From Octopus bimaculoides (Eukaryota): 46,898 nt of DNA. The position numbers and the translations under genes are program-made. Below, in pieces: positions 13,602 through 27,800 of the stretch (positions are counted from its first letter, which is position 1; each line of letters begins with the position of its first letter). Under the pieces are notes generated by a model, which saw only the letters and a list, made by a program, of their open reading frames with translations, was not told the DNA's origin and did no database searches. The stretch is taken from assembly GCF_001194135.2 (NCBI RefSeq), contig NC_069007.1, positions 4,174,718 through 4,221,615 on the forward strand, given 5' to 3'.

Positions 13602-14874
13602 ATTGCAGATGGAGAACGGACTTTCAAAAAAACTAAATGGAATATTCAGAGTTGAATATTGTGGGTAAGCATAAACTTTTATCACGATTATTCCAATTTG
13701 TTTTTGCTCGAAGTATTCCAGTGCTTTTTAACGCATATATAAAATATTACAATAATTGATAATGTTGTACTTTAGACCCAAACTATTCAAAATTCATACT
13801 TTCAATCAAGTCTTTGTAATACAGTAATCCCTCGACTGTCGCGAGTGTTACGTTTCCAAATCCTCCGCGATAGGTGAAAATCCGCGAAGTAGAAACAGTA
13901 CTGTACTGTATATTTAAAAAAAAATTATTTTTATAATTGGTATATATTTATTTTATTATAAATGCAAAACAACACCACAGGTGTTTTTCTGTACCTGCTC
14001 GTAGTAATAGCATCGATAGCAAGGTAAAGAATGTTTTGTCAACACTCATCAGCCTTGACACATTGCTATCCATAATCGGTAAATAAAAGTTTGGATAGTC
14101 AGTGGACCGTATTATATAATGGTAACATTTAGAGTTCTATAATGAAAACAAGGTCATCTTCTTTAGAAGCAGATAAATGTATGTGTGTGTATGTATGTGC
14201 ATACGTTTACGCACGTGAGTGCATACAGTATATGCGTATATATATATACAGTATGTAGAGTATATGCGTATATATGAGGATGTGTCTGCCTATGCGTTAT
14301 CACATATAACTATGCATGCTTCTGCAGACATGTACTAAAAAATCTGGTGAGTGTTGTTGAAACTAATAATAATTATTACTTCCTTTCTATTTGAAAATCC
14401 TATTTCAGGTTAGTTCATGATTCGGAAATATTTACAATACACTGCACGGTGCCTAAAAGCAATATTAAAGATGATGTTGAAACGAAGGTATCCTACACCT
14501 TGTATAATTTACAAGAATTGAAAGACAAAGGAGTTTCGGAAAATATGGAAATATTAATTCGTGAAAGTAAGTGATGAAATTTTTAGAATTTTTATTGCCT
14601 TCAAAATCATCATTGAGGCAGCGAGCTGGTAGAATCGTTAATATGTTCGATGAAATGCTTAGCGGTATTTCGCACGTCGCTACATTCTGGATTCAAAATC
14701 CGCCGACTTGCATCCTTTCGGAGTTGATGAAACAAGCATCTGTTACACACTTTTATTAACGTGTCTTCTTGACTCCAGAAATGAAATAAGACCTTGTAGG
14801 AGATGCGTCGATTACGTCGACACCAGTGCTTCACTGGTATTTATTTCACCCGCGTGATAAAGATTCTCTCAGCA

Positions 14875-14934
<60 letters not shown>

Positions 14935-15315
14935 TAATGATAATAGACAAAAATAAATAATAATGACTTCAAATTTTTGCTGCAAGGGCAGCTTATGGGA
15001 GAGGATAAAGTTGATTACATCGATCCCTGTGTTTCACTGGTACTTAATTTATCGACCCCGAAAGGATAAAAGGCAAAGTTGACCTCGGCAAAATTTGAAC
15101 TCAGAACGTAGTGATTGGCGAAATACTGCTGAACATCTTCTCCAGCATGCTAATGATTCTGCCAGCTTACTCACCAACTTAATGATAGTGATAATCATTT
15201 CTACTAAAGGTACAAGGCCGGAAATTTTGAGGGATCCCTTTAATATGATTATTATATAATTATCAATTTAGTATATATATATATATATATGCTATATAGG
15301 CTTTGAAAAGGCGAC

Positions 15316-15349
<34 letters not shown>

Positions 15350-15965
15350 NNNNNNNNNNNNNNNNNNNNNNNNNNNNNNNNNNNNNNNNNNNNNNNNNNN
15401 NNNNNNNNNNNNNNNNNNNNNNNNNNNNNNNNNNNNNNNNNNNNNNNNNNNNNNNNNNNNNNNNNNNNNNNNNNNNNNNNNNNNNNNNNNNNNNNNNNNN
15501 NNNNNNNNNNNNNNNNNNNNNNNNNNNNNNNNNNNNNNNNNNNNNNNNNNNNNNNNNNNNNNNNNNNNNNNNNNNNNNNNNNNNNNNNNNNNNNNNNNNN
15601 NNNNNNNNNNNNNNNNNNNNNNNNNNNNNNNNNNNNNNNNNNNNNNNNNNNNNNNNNNNNNNNNNNNNNNNNNNNNNNNNNNNNNNNNNNNNNNNNNNNN
15701 NNNNNNNNNNNNNNNNNNNNNNNNNNNNNNNNNNNNNNNNNNNNNNNNNNNNNNNNNNNNNNNNNNNNNNNNNNNNNNNNNNNNNNNNNNNNNNNNNNNN
15801 NNNNNNNNNNNNNNNNNNNNNNNNNNNNNNNNNNNNNNNNNNNNNNNNNNNNNNNNNNNNNNNNNNNNNNNNNNNNNNNNNNNNNNNNNNNNNNNNNNNN
15901 NNNNNNNNNNNNNNNNNNNNNNNNNNNNNNNNNNNNNNNNNNNNNNNNNNNNNNNNTATATGTAT

Positions 15966-15999
<34 letters not shown>

Positions 16000-16079
16000 G
16001 CTATTGTTCTCAAATCAACCAGCACATCCAAACTATTCTACAACAAACGCTACTTCTACTACTGCTGCTGCTGCTGCTG

Positions 16080-16140
<61 letters not shown>

Positions 16141-16231
16141 CACTGCTACTGCAATGACTGTTGCTATTACTATGCTACCACCGTGACCACCACCACCACC
16201 AACACCACCAACACCGCCACCACCACCACCG

Positions 16232-16276
<45 letters not shown>

Positions 16277-19200
16277 GTTTGATTGAAACACACTTGCTCA
16301 TTGTCGTTTATAAATTTGTATTTTTAGTATATAAAGCCATGCAAATTCGTTACTTTCTACCTTTTTGCTTCATTTTCAGACATTTGCGGTGAAGATACAA
16401 CATCAAATAACGGTGAAACTTTTAAGTGGCCGCTAACAAAAGTAGGAACTACTGCAACGTTGACATGTCGTGCGAATATCGCCACAAGAAACTGGTTCGT
16501 TTGAATTGTATCACTTGTTTTCTCTCAAATTTTGAAGTTTCTAGTGTCGTCTTTTTGTGAGAGAATATCATATGGCTGTGGAGGCGCAATGGCCCAGTGG
16601 TTAGGGCAGCGGACTCGCGGTCATAGGATCGCGGTTTCGATTCCCAGACCGGGCGTTGTGAGTGTTTATTGAGCGAAAACACCTAAAGCTCCACGAGGCT
16701 CCAGCAGGGGACGGTGGCGAACCCTGCTGTACTCTTCCACCACAACTTTCTCTCACTCTTACTTCCTGTTTCTGTTGTGCCTCTAATTCAAAGGGTCAGC
16801 CTTGTCACACTCTGTGTCACGCTGAATATCCCCGAGAACTACGTTAAGGGTACACGTGTCTGTGGAGTGCTCAGCCACGTGCACGTTAATTTCACGAGCA
16901 GGCTGTTCCGTTGATCGGATCGACTCGAACCCTCGACGTCGTAAGCGACGGAGTGCCAACAACATTTAATAAGACACCTCGTCAGATTAAGCTGATTGAA
17001 TTAATAACCATCGGTTCAGATCACATTAAGCAGCTATTGGTAGAATTTTGGTTTAAGCACCCCCATGTAATCCCTCGTAACTTTTTGTATTTTTGGAATT
17101 TTCAGGAAGCATTTGCGAATTTGTGTTCTACACACAGGAATTCATATGATTATGGGAAAAAATTTAACTCCCTCCACGCGCCATAAATCCTAAAAGTTCC
17201 ACTATTTTTCGAATTTTGTGTTTTTAAACAAGAATCTAAAATACGGACAGTCCGAGTTTTTTTTGCTTAAATCCCAGTAATGGACCACCCATCGGTGCAT
17301 CATTATTCCATTAAATGTATTTACGGGAAGAAAATATTGAAAAACATCAATACATGTCAGCGAGACAAAGCAATGAGGAAGGTGTCAGGTGGTCGTGAGA
17401 TGTGCTGAAAATAACGGCTAAATCGCCCTTACATCACATACAAAAAGAATTGTATAATCGCATGAATTCCTTTGTTTAGAACACAAATTCGCAAAACTTT
17501 TTCTGAAAATTTCTAAAAATAAAGTTATGAGGGATTCTGTGCTACTATTTTACATTTTGCACAGTCTGGAACTTAACTACTTAACTACCAAGGCCTCCTT
17601 TGTTGCCAACATTTGCCAAACCCTGGCCTTATACCGAAATTTGAAATCAGCATTTGACAAATCTTTAAGGCGGTGAGCTGGTAGAATCGCTAGCACACCA
17701 GGCAGAATGCTTAGAAGCATTTCGTCTGTCTTTATGTTCCGAGTTCAAGTCCCACAGAGGTCGACTTTGTCTTTCACTCTTCTGGAGTCAATGAAATAGG
17801 TACGAGCCGAGCATTGGGGCTGATGAAATCGACTTCCTTTCTTCCCCGAAATTGCTGGCCTTGTCAATAATTTAAAGTCAATACTAGACAAAGCTTTAAC
17901 GCGTCGGGCTGGGAAAATCGTTAGAAACGTCGGGCTAAAAGTTTAGCGGTATTTTGTCCGTCTTTACATTCTGAGTTCAAATTCCACCGAAGTCGATTTT
18001 GCGTTTCATCCTTCCGAGGTCAATAAAATAAGTATCAGTTGAATACTGGTGGTCTTGGACTGAAATTTGAAACCAATGTTAGACAAAGCTTTAAAGAATT
18101 TGTAGGGATTCATATTGCAATATTTAAAAAAAAAAATCTGATCTTTAATTTGAAAATATTTTACATCGTTTTCGAAAAGAGTGAGGTGGACTAAATAATA
18201 AATTAGTGACAAAATACACCAAAGAATATATCTCTATTTCGCTAGATTATGAGTTCAATTCTCGACCAAGTCTTTGTTTTCTTGTATTTCTCTGAGATGG
18301 ATAAATAAGCATGACTGATAATATTTTACATTTATTTTCAGTTCTCCCAGAACGACCGCACTTAGTCAAAATATGACATCTCTAAAGTGTTCACAAGTTT
18401 CAGGTGTCTGGCAAAAACCAGACATGTCTAAATGTAACGATACAAAGTGGATCTCTCGGAAACTGGAAGATCTGAAGAATCAAGATATCAATGAACGTGA
18501 GTGAGCAGTTGTGTTTCGAAATTTTTGTTGGTTGTTGGCACTCCGTCGCTTACGACGTCGAGGGTTCCAGTTGATTCGATCAACGGAACAGCCTGCTCGT
18601 GAAATTAACGTGCAAGTGGCTGAGCACTCCACAGACACGTGTACCCTTAACGTAGTTCTCGGGGATACTCAGCGTGACACAGTGTGACGAAGCTGACCCT
18701 TTGAAATACAGGCACAACAGAAACAGGAAGTAATAGTGAGAGAAAGTTGTGGTGGAAGAGTACAGCAGGGTTCGCCACCATCCCCTGCCGGAGCCTCGTG
18801 GAGCTTTAGGTGTTTTCGCTCAATAAACACTCACAACGCCCGGTCTGGGAATCGAAACCGCGATCCTATGACCGCGAGTCCGCTGCCCTAACCACTGGGC
18901 CATTCCACCTCCACTGTGTTTCGAAATAGCCTTATAGTAACAGCTGTAGTAGTTATAGTTGGAAGAGGAGGGAGAGGATGGGTGTAGTACTACAATCAGT
19001 AGATTAGTCCTGTCATGGTCGTTGTCATCTGCGGCGGTGACCCGAACAAAATGTTTTTATTCTGTTACTAATGCCTTTATATATATATGTATATATATAT
19101 ACTCTTTACTCTTTACTCTTTTACTTGTTTCAGTCATTTGACTGTGGCTATGCTGGAGTACCGCCTTTAGTCGAGCAAATCGACCCCAGGACTTATTCTT

Positions 19201-19322
19201 TGTAAGCCTAGTACTTATTCTATCAGTCTATTTTGCTGAACCGCTAGGTTACGGGGACGTAAACACACCACCATTGGTTGTCAAGCGATGGTGGGGGGAC
19301 AAACACAGACACACAAACATAT

Positions 19323-19392
<70 letters not shown>

Positions 19393-21529
19393 GTGTGTGT
19401 GTGTGTGTGCGTGTGTGTGTGTGTGTGTTTGAAAGTTTATAAGAATTACTTAATACTGTGTTGAAGTGTAAATGTAACCTTAAACAAAAACGGGTCGCTT
19501 ATCTAAGGATTAATATTGATGAACTGAGAACATTTAGCAATCTCTATGCTATATGAAATTGCGGTTGTTAATTAACATCCAGTAGTTCATTAATAATTAT
19601 GTTAATAATTGTGTGACGTATAATTTGCCTCTAGTATTTCATGTCAAAGTGACTGTAAATATCCTTAAATTTCATTTTCAATTTTCCGTTGCAGGAAATA
19701 TTGAGAAAACTGTGAAAGAATTTGTGAATGTTTCGCAGACATCAGAGTATTTCAAAAAAGAAGCCATTGGCTTGAGTATAAGCATTCTAGAGAAACTGAT
19801 GCCATTGATATCGAGAGTACCCGCTGATATAACCCTGGACCAAATTTCTGCGAGTATCAACAATTTAATGAACGCACCTGAAGGCGTTTGGGCTGGGGCA
19901 GAACAAGCTGATGGATCTACCAGCAGGTAAAATTCAAACTTAAGTTTGCTGCCACTAGTCGTAGTTGTAGTAGTAGTAGTAGTAGTAATGTTTGTGGTGG
20001 TGGTAATAGCATTAGTGGCACTCCGTCGGTTACGACGACGAGGGTTCCAGTTGATCCGATCAACGGAACAGTCTGCTCGTGAAATTAACACGCAAGTGCC
20101 TGAGCACTCCACAGACACGTGTACCCTTAACGTAGTTCTCGGGGATATTCAGCGTGACACAGAGTGTGACAAGGCTGACCCTTTTGAAATACAGGTACAA
20201 CAGAAACAGACAAAAGTTGTGGTGAAATAGTACAGCAGGGTACGCAACCACCCTCTGCCAGAGCCTCGTGTACCTTTTAGGTGTTTTCGCTCAATAAACA
20301 CTCATACTGCCCGGTCTGGGAATCGAAACCGCGATTATACGACCGCGAGTCCGCTGCCCTAACCACTGGGCCATTGTGCCTCCACCGATAGTATTAGTTG
20401 TAATATATATAATATATTGTGGTGTTAATTACTAATAGTTGAGACCATCCTTGATATCATCATCATCATCAATAACATTTAACATCTGTTTTCCATGCTG
20501 GTATGGATTGGACGGCTTAACAGGAACTTTGCCTTTCATCCTTTCGGGGTCGATAAATTAAGTACCAGTTGCGTACTGGGGGTCGATATAATCGACTTAA
20601 TCCCTTTGTCTATCCTTGTTTGTCCCCTCTATGTTTAGCCCCTTGTAGGCAATAAAGAAATCAGAAACGTTAGCATGCCGGGCGAAATGCTTAGCGGTAT
20701 TTCGTCTACCGTTACGTTCTGAGTTCAAATTCCGCCGAGGTCCACTTTGCCTTTCATCCTTTCGTACCAATTACGCACTGGAGTCGATGTTATCGACTTA
20801 ATCCCTTTGTCTATCCTTGTTTGGACCCTCTATGTTTAGCCCCTTGGGGGCAATAAAAAAATAAGAAACACTTGAAGAGACTCAACACGTTTCTTATTGC
20901 TTCAACCGACACAAACTAAAGCGAAAATACTTATCAATTACATGGCAAGCCTTAATATACTCATTGTACTAAACTCAAACTGCTTGACTTGAGGAGAGCA
21001 ATTAAGTTTATCAATCCATAGTATTTCTGAATAATTTTTTTTCGCCCTTTCAAAGCCTAGCCAGGCTCATGGGCCCGGTTTCCCGGTTTCTATGGCGTAT
21101 GTGTTCCCCCTAGCACTTCATCGCAGCGTTACTCAAGAAACAGGAAGAAAGAGTGAGAGAAAGAGTACAACAGGGGTCGCCACCACCCCCTGCCAGAGCC
21201 ACGTGGAGCTTAGGTGTTTTCGCTCAATAAACACTCACAACGCCCGGCCTGGGAATCGAAACCGCGGTCCTCCGACCGCGAGTCCGCTGCCCTATCCACT
21301 GGGCCATTGCGCCTCCATTTCTGAATAATTAGCTGAACTTAATTACTGTGTCTTAAATATTTTCTTGGTGTACATCTATTTGAGAAATATACTCAAAATT
21401 AACTTTGACTACATTTACTGTAGTAGTAGTAGTAGTAGTAGTAGTAGTTGTAGTTGTAGTAGTAGTAGTAGCAGTAGCTGTAGTAGTAGTAGTAGCAGTA
21501 GTAGTAGTAGCAGCAGTAGTAGTAGTAGC

Positions 21530-21569
<40 letters not shown>

Positions 21570-22423
21570 ATGGTAGCAGTAGCGGCAGCGTCGTTAATAA
21601 TAGTTGCATCAACCAAAACAGTAGCAACCGCAGAAGTGTACGAGAAACATTAGCAACAGGAGCATTCAGAGATTTGTTAATCAATACAGTTCACGTTTAT
21701 ATTAATAACTATGGAAGACTGGTGTGAATATTATCTGTATGGACTTCAAGGCAACCTAGCGGTTGCTATTTGGTTAGAAAATGTAGGAGTTAGTTATAGG
21801 TTTACCTACTGAATTAATTTACCGATACTGTTTTTGTACATAGGGTAAATGTGGTTTATTTGTTGTAGTTAAATTAATGATGTTAGTGTATAATCCTTCC
21901 TAGAATTAAGATTGAATGAATGTGGTGATATCTAAAGTATGTTTGTTTCTAAACGACACTAATTTTAGTGCTGTTGACACCGCCGGATTGAATGGTACTG
22001 TCCAGGTGTCGAAACCATAGTGATATCCGTGCGGCAGCTGATGATGGAAGTATGTTGGATTGTTGGTACGGCTGTTATTGTATGTGCGGATTAGTTCTTT
22101 TAAGACATCCATTTGGTACATAGTTAATTACGTATTTGAAACCATCTCAATTACAAATTGTTTTCTTGGTTTTCTCACAGAATGCTGAAAATTATAGAAG
22201 CAATCCCAGAAATGATTCCATTGAAAGAGCAACAAGTCACAGTTTCATATCCCAATTTTGGTTTTGGTGTTAGCAAAGTGGACAAGGACACTTTCAATGG
22301 CCTTTCCTTTAGAATTTTATATGGAAATAATGAAACAAAAACTACGGTACAGTACTTTTTCAACAATACTCTCTTTTAACTGTTTGTTCATAAATATTAG
22401 AATCTGTATATGGGCGCGCACGT

Positions 22424-22492
<69 letters not shown>

Positions 22493-24770
22493 GGAATAAC
22501 GAAAATGTTTATTCAGGAAGCAGAAAGACTACTGAGTCCATCAATCATTAGTTGACCAACGTAGAAATCCCTATGGCTGCTTGCCTATGGGCTGGTGGGA
22601 TTGGGTGATGATTGTAGTAATGTAGTAGTCGTAAGGACGTAGAATTTACAACAGTAGTAGTAGTAGTAGTAGTAGTAACAGCAGTAGTATTTTATGTTTA
22701 TGAATTGCATTTTTCCTTTGGCTTTCTTCCTCCAGGTACATAACTCCTCATACGAGGGTCACCATGAGCAAGATATCAAAAAGTTTAACTACATTTCATT
22801 ACCAAAGAGTCTTTTAAACCAACTGAGCAACGACGAACGACTAAACGTTTCAAGGATTACATTTTCTTCTATGCGAGATGATATGCTATATAGGGTATGG
22901 AACCAAAATTGTAAATCTTCTTCTTCTTCCAGCTGATTAGAGAATACATGAATTCATTGATACGTTTTTTGTTTTTATTCTGAACAGTGCTTGTAAAATT
23001 TTGTCTTAGAAAAACATTTTTTAAAGAATTTGGCATGTTAAAAACATCTCATTCAGAAATAATTATTAATGAATCATTAGACACCGGTGTTTCGGCTTGA
23101 TTTGACCTCCTCAGATACAGAGACTCCTCATATTCTGAGTTAATAATTTAGAATCTTCGTTCCAATATGTAACTAAGCAAACAAAGCATTCACTGATTTA
23201 TGCAGAAGCTGGCCGAGTTTTAATTTAATTAATCTGATGCATTTGAAAGGCATCAGATTAATTCTATGCCATTCCAAAGAAATTTCAATAGTTTGTCTAT
23301 GCTTCTTTTAGACTAGTAGCTAGCTCTTGTTTCATAAATCCTAAATAATATAAAGCTTTCCTTTCATATGTCCCAAGTTATAATGGAGATTTAAAAGAAT
23401 CGTAAATATTTATCACATAAGCATGGACATCGTATTACATGCGATACACAAGACAGCAAACGGTTAACATATGAATGTGTATAATATATTTATAATGTGT
23501 ATACAATTATAGAACCGGACTAGCTGTATTAGTTTGACTTATTTTAACACACCAAGGCATTTAAGAGAAATTTCACACACACACTAGAATGTTCCTTGTG
23601 CCATTCAGTAACAACTTTAGCCGTGTGAATTGGCGCATTATCATCCTGAAAAATTGCGCTTCCCCCCCGAAAACAGTTCTGCAACCATAGGATGAATTTG
23701 ATCAGATAAAATGCTTAAATAGTCTTGACTATTAATTCTTCCACGAAGGGAAACCATTGGGCCGGCAGATTTCCACGATATAGCCCTCTCCCCGCCCCGA
23801 TCGTCAGAGATCCTCCTCCATGTTTAACAGTNNNNNNNNNNNNNNNNNNNNNNNNNNNNNNNNNNNNNNNNNNNNNNNNNNNNNNNNNNNNNNNNNNNNN
23901 NNNNNNNNNNNNNNNNNNNNNNNNNNNNNNNNNNNNNNNNNNNNNNNNNNNNNNNNNNNNNNNNNNNNNNNNNNNNNNNNNNNNNNNNNNNNNNNNNNNN
24001 NNNNNNNNNNNNNNNNNNNNNNNNNNNNNNNNNNNNNNNNNNNNNNNNNNNNNNNNNNNNNNNNNNNNNNNNNNNNNNNNNNNNNNNNNNNNNNNNNNNN
24101 NNNNNNNNNNNNNNNNNNNNNNNNNNNNNNNNNNNNNNNNNNNNNNNNNNNNNNNNNNNNNNNNNNNNNNNNNNNNNNNNNNNNNNNNNNNNNNNNNNNN
24201 NNNNNNNNNNNNNNNNNNNNNNNNNNNNNNNNNNNNNNNNNNNNNNNNNNNNNNNNNNNNNNNNNNNNNNNNNNNNNNNNNNNNNNNNNNNNNNNNNNNN
24301 NNNNNNNNNNNNNNNNNNNNNNNNNNNNNNNNNNNNNNNNNNNNNNNNNNNNNNNNNNNNNNNNNNNNNNNNNNNNNNNNNNNNNNNNNNNNNNNNNNNN
24401 NNNNNNNNNNNNNNNNNNNNNNNNNNNNNNNNNNNNNNNNNNNNNNNNNNNNNNNNNNNNNNNNNNNNNNNNNNNNNNNNNNNNNNNNNNNNNNNNNNNN
24501 NNNNNNNNNNNNNNNNNNNNNNNNNNNNNNNNNNNNNNNNNNNNNNNNNNNNNNNNNNNNNNNNNNNNNNNNNNNNNNNNNNNNNNNNNNNNNNNNNNNN
24601 NNNNNNNNNNNNNNNNNNNNNNNNNNNNNNNNNNNNNNNNNNNNNNNNNNNNNNNNNNNNNNNNNNNNNNNNNNNNNNNNNNNNNNNNNNNNNNNNNNNN
24701 NNNNNNNNNNNNNNNNNNNNNNNNNNNNNNNNNNNNNNNNNNNNNNNNNNNNNNNNNNNNTATATATATG

Positions 24771-24809
<39 letters not shown>

Positions 24810-27800
24810 ACACGCTCCCATGACTCTTTCAAAGGAGATAACGTTAAAACTCAGGTAAATAAGTTAGTTTTTATTAAACATAACTAGACGGGAAACTTTT
24901 TGATAACACCTCGTATATCATTGTTTTTATATCCTGGTATTGGATAATAAATAATTTAACGAAGCAAGGGAGAAAGAAACTAATTACACGACGCAATACG
25001 ATTACTATTACATGAGGTCAAACACCCACTACCATCGGCTCACAGTGAACTGCTTGCCCAATTGCTCACAGTACTTTATTTCATAGCAATGCGTCAGTCC
25101 ACTTTTAGTCGTTTGGAGGTGATTAAAATCCTCCCATAACAGTTGTATTAAGTTGTACTGATAATGTTGTAATGATGATGTAATAATGTCTAAGTATAAC
25201 GACACTATAGTTTGGTTTCATACTTTAACATTGTATTAAACTCGTTTATTGACTTCTATTTGCAGGCAATATTAAACTCTAGTAGCAAACCAAAAACGAA
25301 AATTAACAGTCATATTATTGCTGCAAGTATTCCTAATATCCCAGTAACCGACCTTGATGAACCAGTTACCATATCATTCATATTATTAGATCAGGTAATA
25401 CCTACGTATTTATCATTTCTGCTGCTGTGTAACAAGATTTTTTGTCTTTGGCTACCAACTGTTATTTTCTATTTGCTTACCCTTAGAAAGAATGAAAAAT
25501 GGCTAATATTTCCTTTTCAAACTTTGCTTTTGTTATGATATCTATTCCAACCCCAAAGAATCCCTTTCAGCTTATGGCTATGATGCTTCCCCACTACTCC
25601 TGATCATGATCAGAAAGCACATATTATCAGCCATTAAGGGATACGCTCAAGTGGTTAAGGTCAAGCAGGTCATAAGCGAATCTGTACTATTGAGCAGAAT
25701 ATTTGCTATAACGATATTTCTGCTTCAGCAACTCAGCACTGGATCTGTGTGAAATGTAATGGAAAATAGGTCAGTTTCAAAGCATTGATGCCCAGGTCAG
25801 AAAAGCAAAGTTTGAAGGGAATAGTCATTATTTCCTTTGATAGAAGCAAATAAGAAATAACACTGAACAAAGACGAAATACAATTAATAACACTTTGTTT
25901 CGCATTATTAATGGTGGACAATCTAAGGCGGCGAGCTGGCAGAATCGTCAGCACGCCGGGCGAAATGCTTTGCGGTATTTCGCCCACAATTTACGTTCAT
26001 TTTTTACTTTTCATTTGAAAAGGAAAGTGTGGCTGGAGAGGAGATGTCTGTCGGAGTGTACGTTCCAAAAGAGATGGAAGCATTTTGCACGAGTATTGTG
26101 CGTGCAAGGAACCGTGTGAATAGTCAGAAAAAAATAATGAAAAAAAAAAAAAGGTGCCAGCGATAGATTGGGGCTTGTGGGGTCGGAGCGTGGCCTGATC
26201 ATCGCTTCATTTGTGTTGTCTAACGTACTGTTAATATCATTCGATTTTTTCTATTTTATATAATTTTTAAAGTCATATTTTATGTAAACCATTCGCGTTA
26301 CTGATCCCAATCAGTTGTTTTGTACCATTCTATGTTTAGCCCCCTGTGGGCAATAAAGAAATTGGTATTTCGCACGTCGCTACATTCTTAGTTCAAATTC
26401 CGCCGAGGTCGACTTTGCCACTTGCACATTGTAAAGGTGCATGGCCTAGTGTTTAGAGTTTTCTGCTCATGATCACAAGGTCGCCAGTTCGATACCCAGC
26501 GTTGCATTGTGTCCTTGAGCAAGACACTTTATATAATGCTACTCCAGTCCACTCATGTGACAAAAATGAGCTCTACTTGTATTTCAAAGGGGTCAGCCTT
26601 ATATCTTTCTGTGTCATATAAAGGATACATGTGTCTGCAGAGTGCTCAGCCACTTACATATTAATTTCATGAGCAGGCTGTTCCATTGATCGGATTCACT
26701 GGAACAGTCATCGTCGTAACCGACGGAGTGTCAGTGCATAGTAGTGTCCTATTGTGTTGTATAGTGCTATATCGACCCCGATTGAATGAAACTAAGATTA
26801 AACGGAATCCTGCAATGATCTGATAATTTTGGTGTAATCTTTGGAAGATTATATTATTCATCGTGCCTACTTTTTAAAAAGCATTATTGTGTGATTTGAA
26901 GGCAATCTGCCTGTTATTTCTAGCAAATAGATGCTCCACTGTCGGATGATTTGTATATGTACCTGACAGGAACCTTATTCCTGATGTGGAACCAAACTGT
27001 GACTCCCGCGCGTTCTGGTGATTCTTTTAATTGTATTTAGGTGATCATTGGGGGTGGTCTGTCTGTATCCTTTGAGGATGTGGAGGCTGCTATCTCATGC
27101 CGGCATGTAAAACATACATCGTCATTATTACTTAGGCATGGGGACTAGAGAGGGTTAGTGCTCTTTTAATGAATAACAAGAATGGATTCTAAAACTTCCT
27201 GTGCGCACAACGCTTCACCAACCAAGAGCAGGTGGAAGCTTCACTGAAGGAGTTCTTCGCCTCAAAGGACAAGCAATGGTATCAGTGAGGAATCAAAGAA
27301 CTGGCAAAAAGGTGGCTTCAGACGCTGCAACACAATGGCCTCTTCTTTGAATTCTGGGCTGCCTTTGTTGTAACTTGATGAATAAAGCAAATAAATTACC
27401 AAAATATCACGAAATGTTTGACTCAATGTAATGATTACAAAGAAATTTAATTAAATTACCGAAATAAAAATTTTTTTTTCAGAATACTTATAACGCACGG
27501 TGTGTTTATTGGGATGAAACACCTGGAGGGGATACCCAATGGTCAACAACAGGCTGTAATATATCCTACGATGACCCTGGAAAGAGAGTATTGTGTTCTT
27601 GTAACCATCTTACAAATTTTGCTTTACTAATGGTTGGTGAGATTACTATAACTTATTAATTACTTGTGATTTGGCAGTTATGTCTGTGCATTAACAATTT
27701 TAAAGAGTTGTATACTAACATATCGACTGGATTTTGTGTTGGAGGGTATTTTCGTAAATATGTAATGTTGGTATATTGCGGGAAGCTACCGTTGTTTTTC

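Noticed and set aside
21906-22121. Minus-strand ORF with [13 protein letters not shown], weakly like an integrase C-terminal helix
   Set aside because: Too short, with no DDE residues or element ends.
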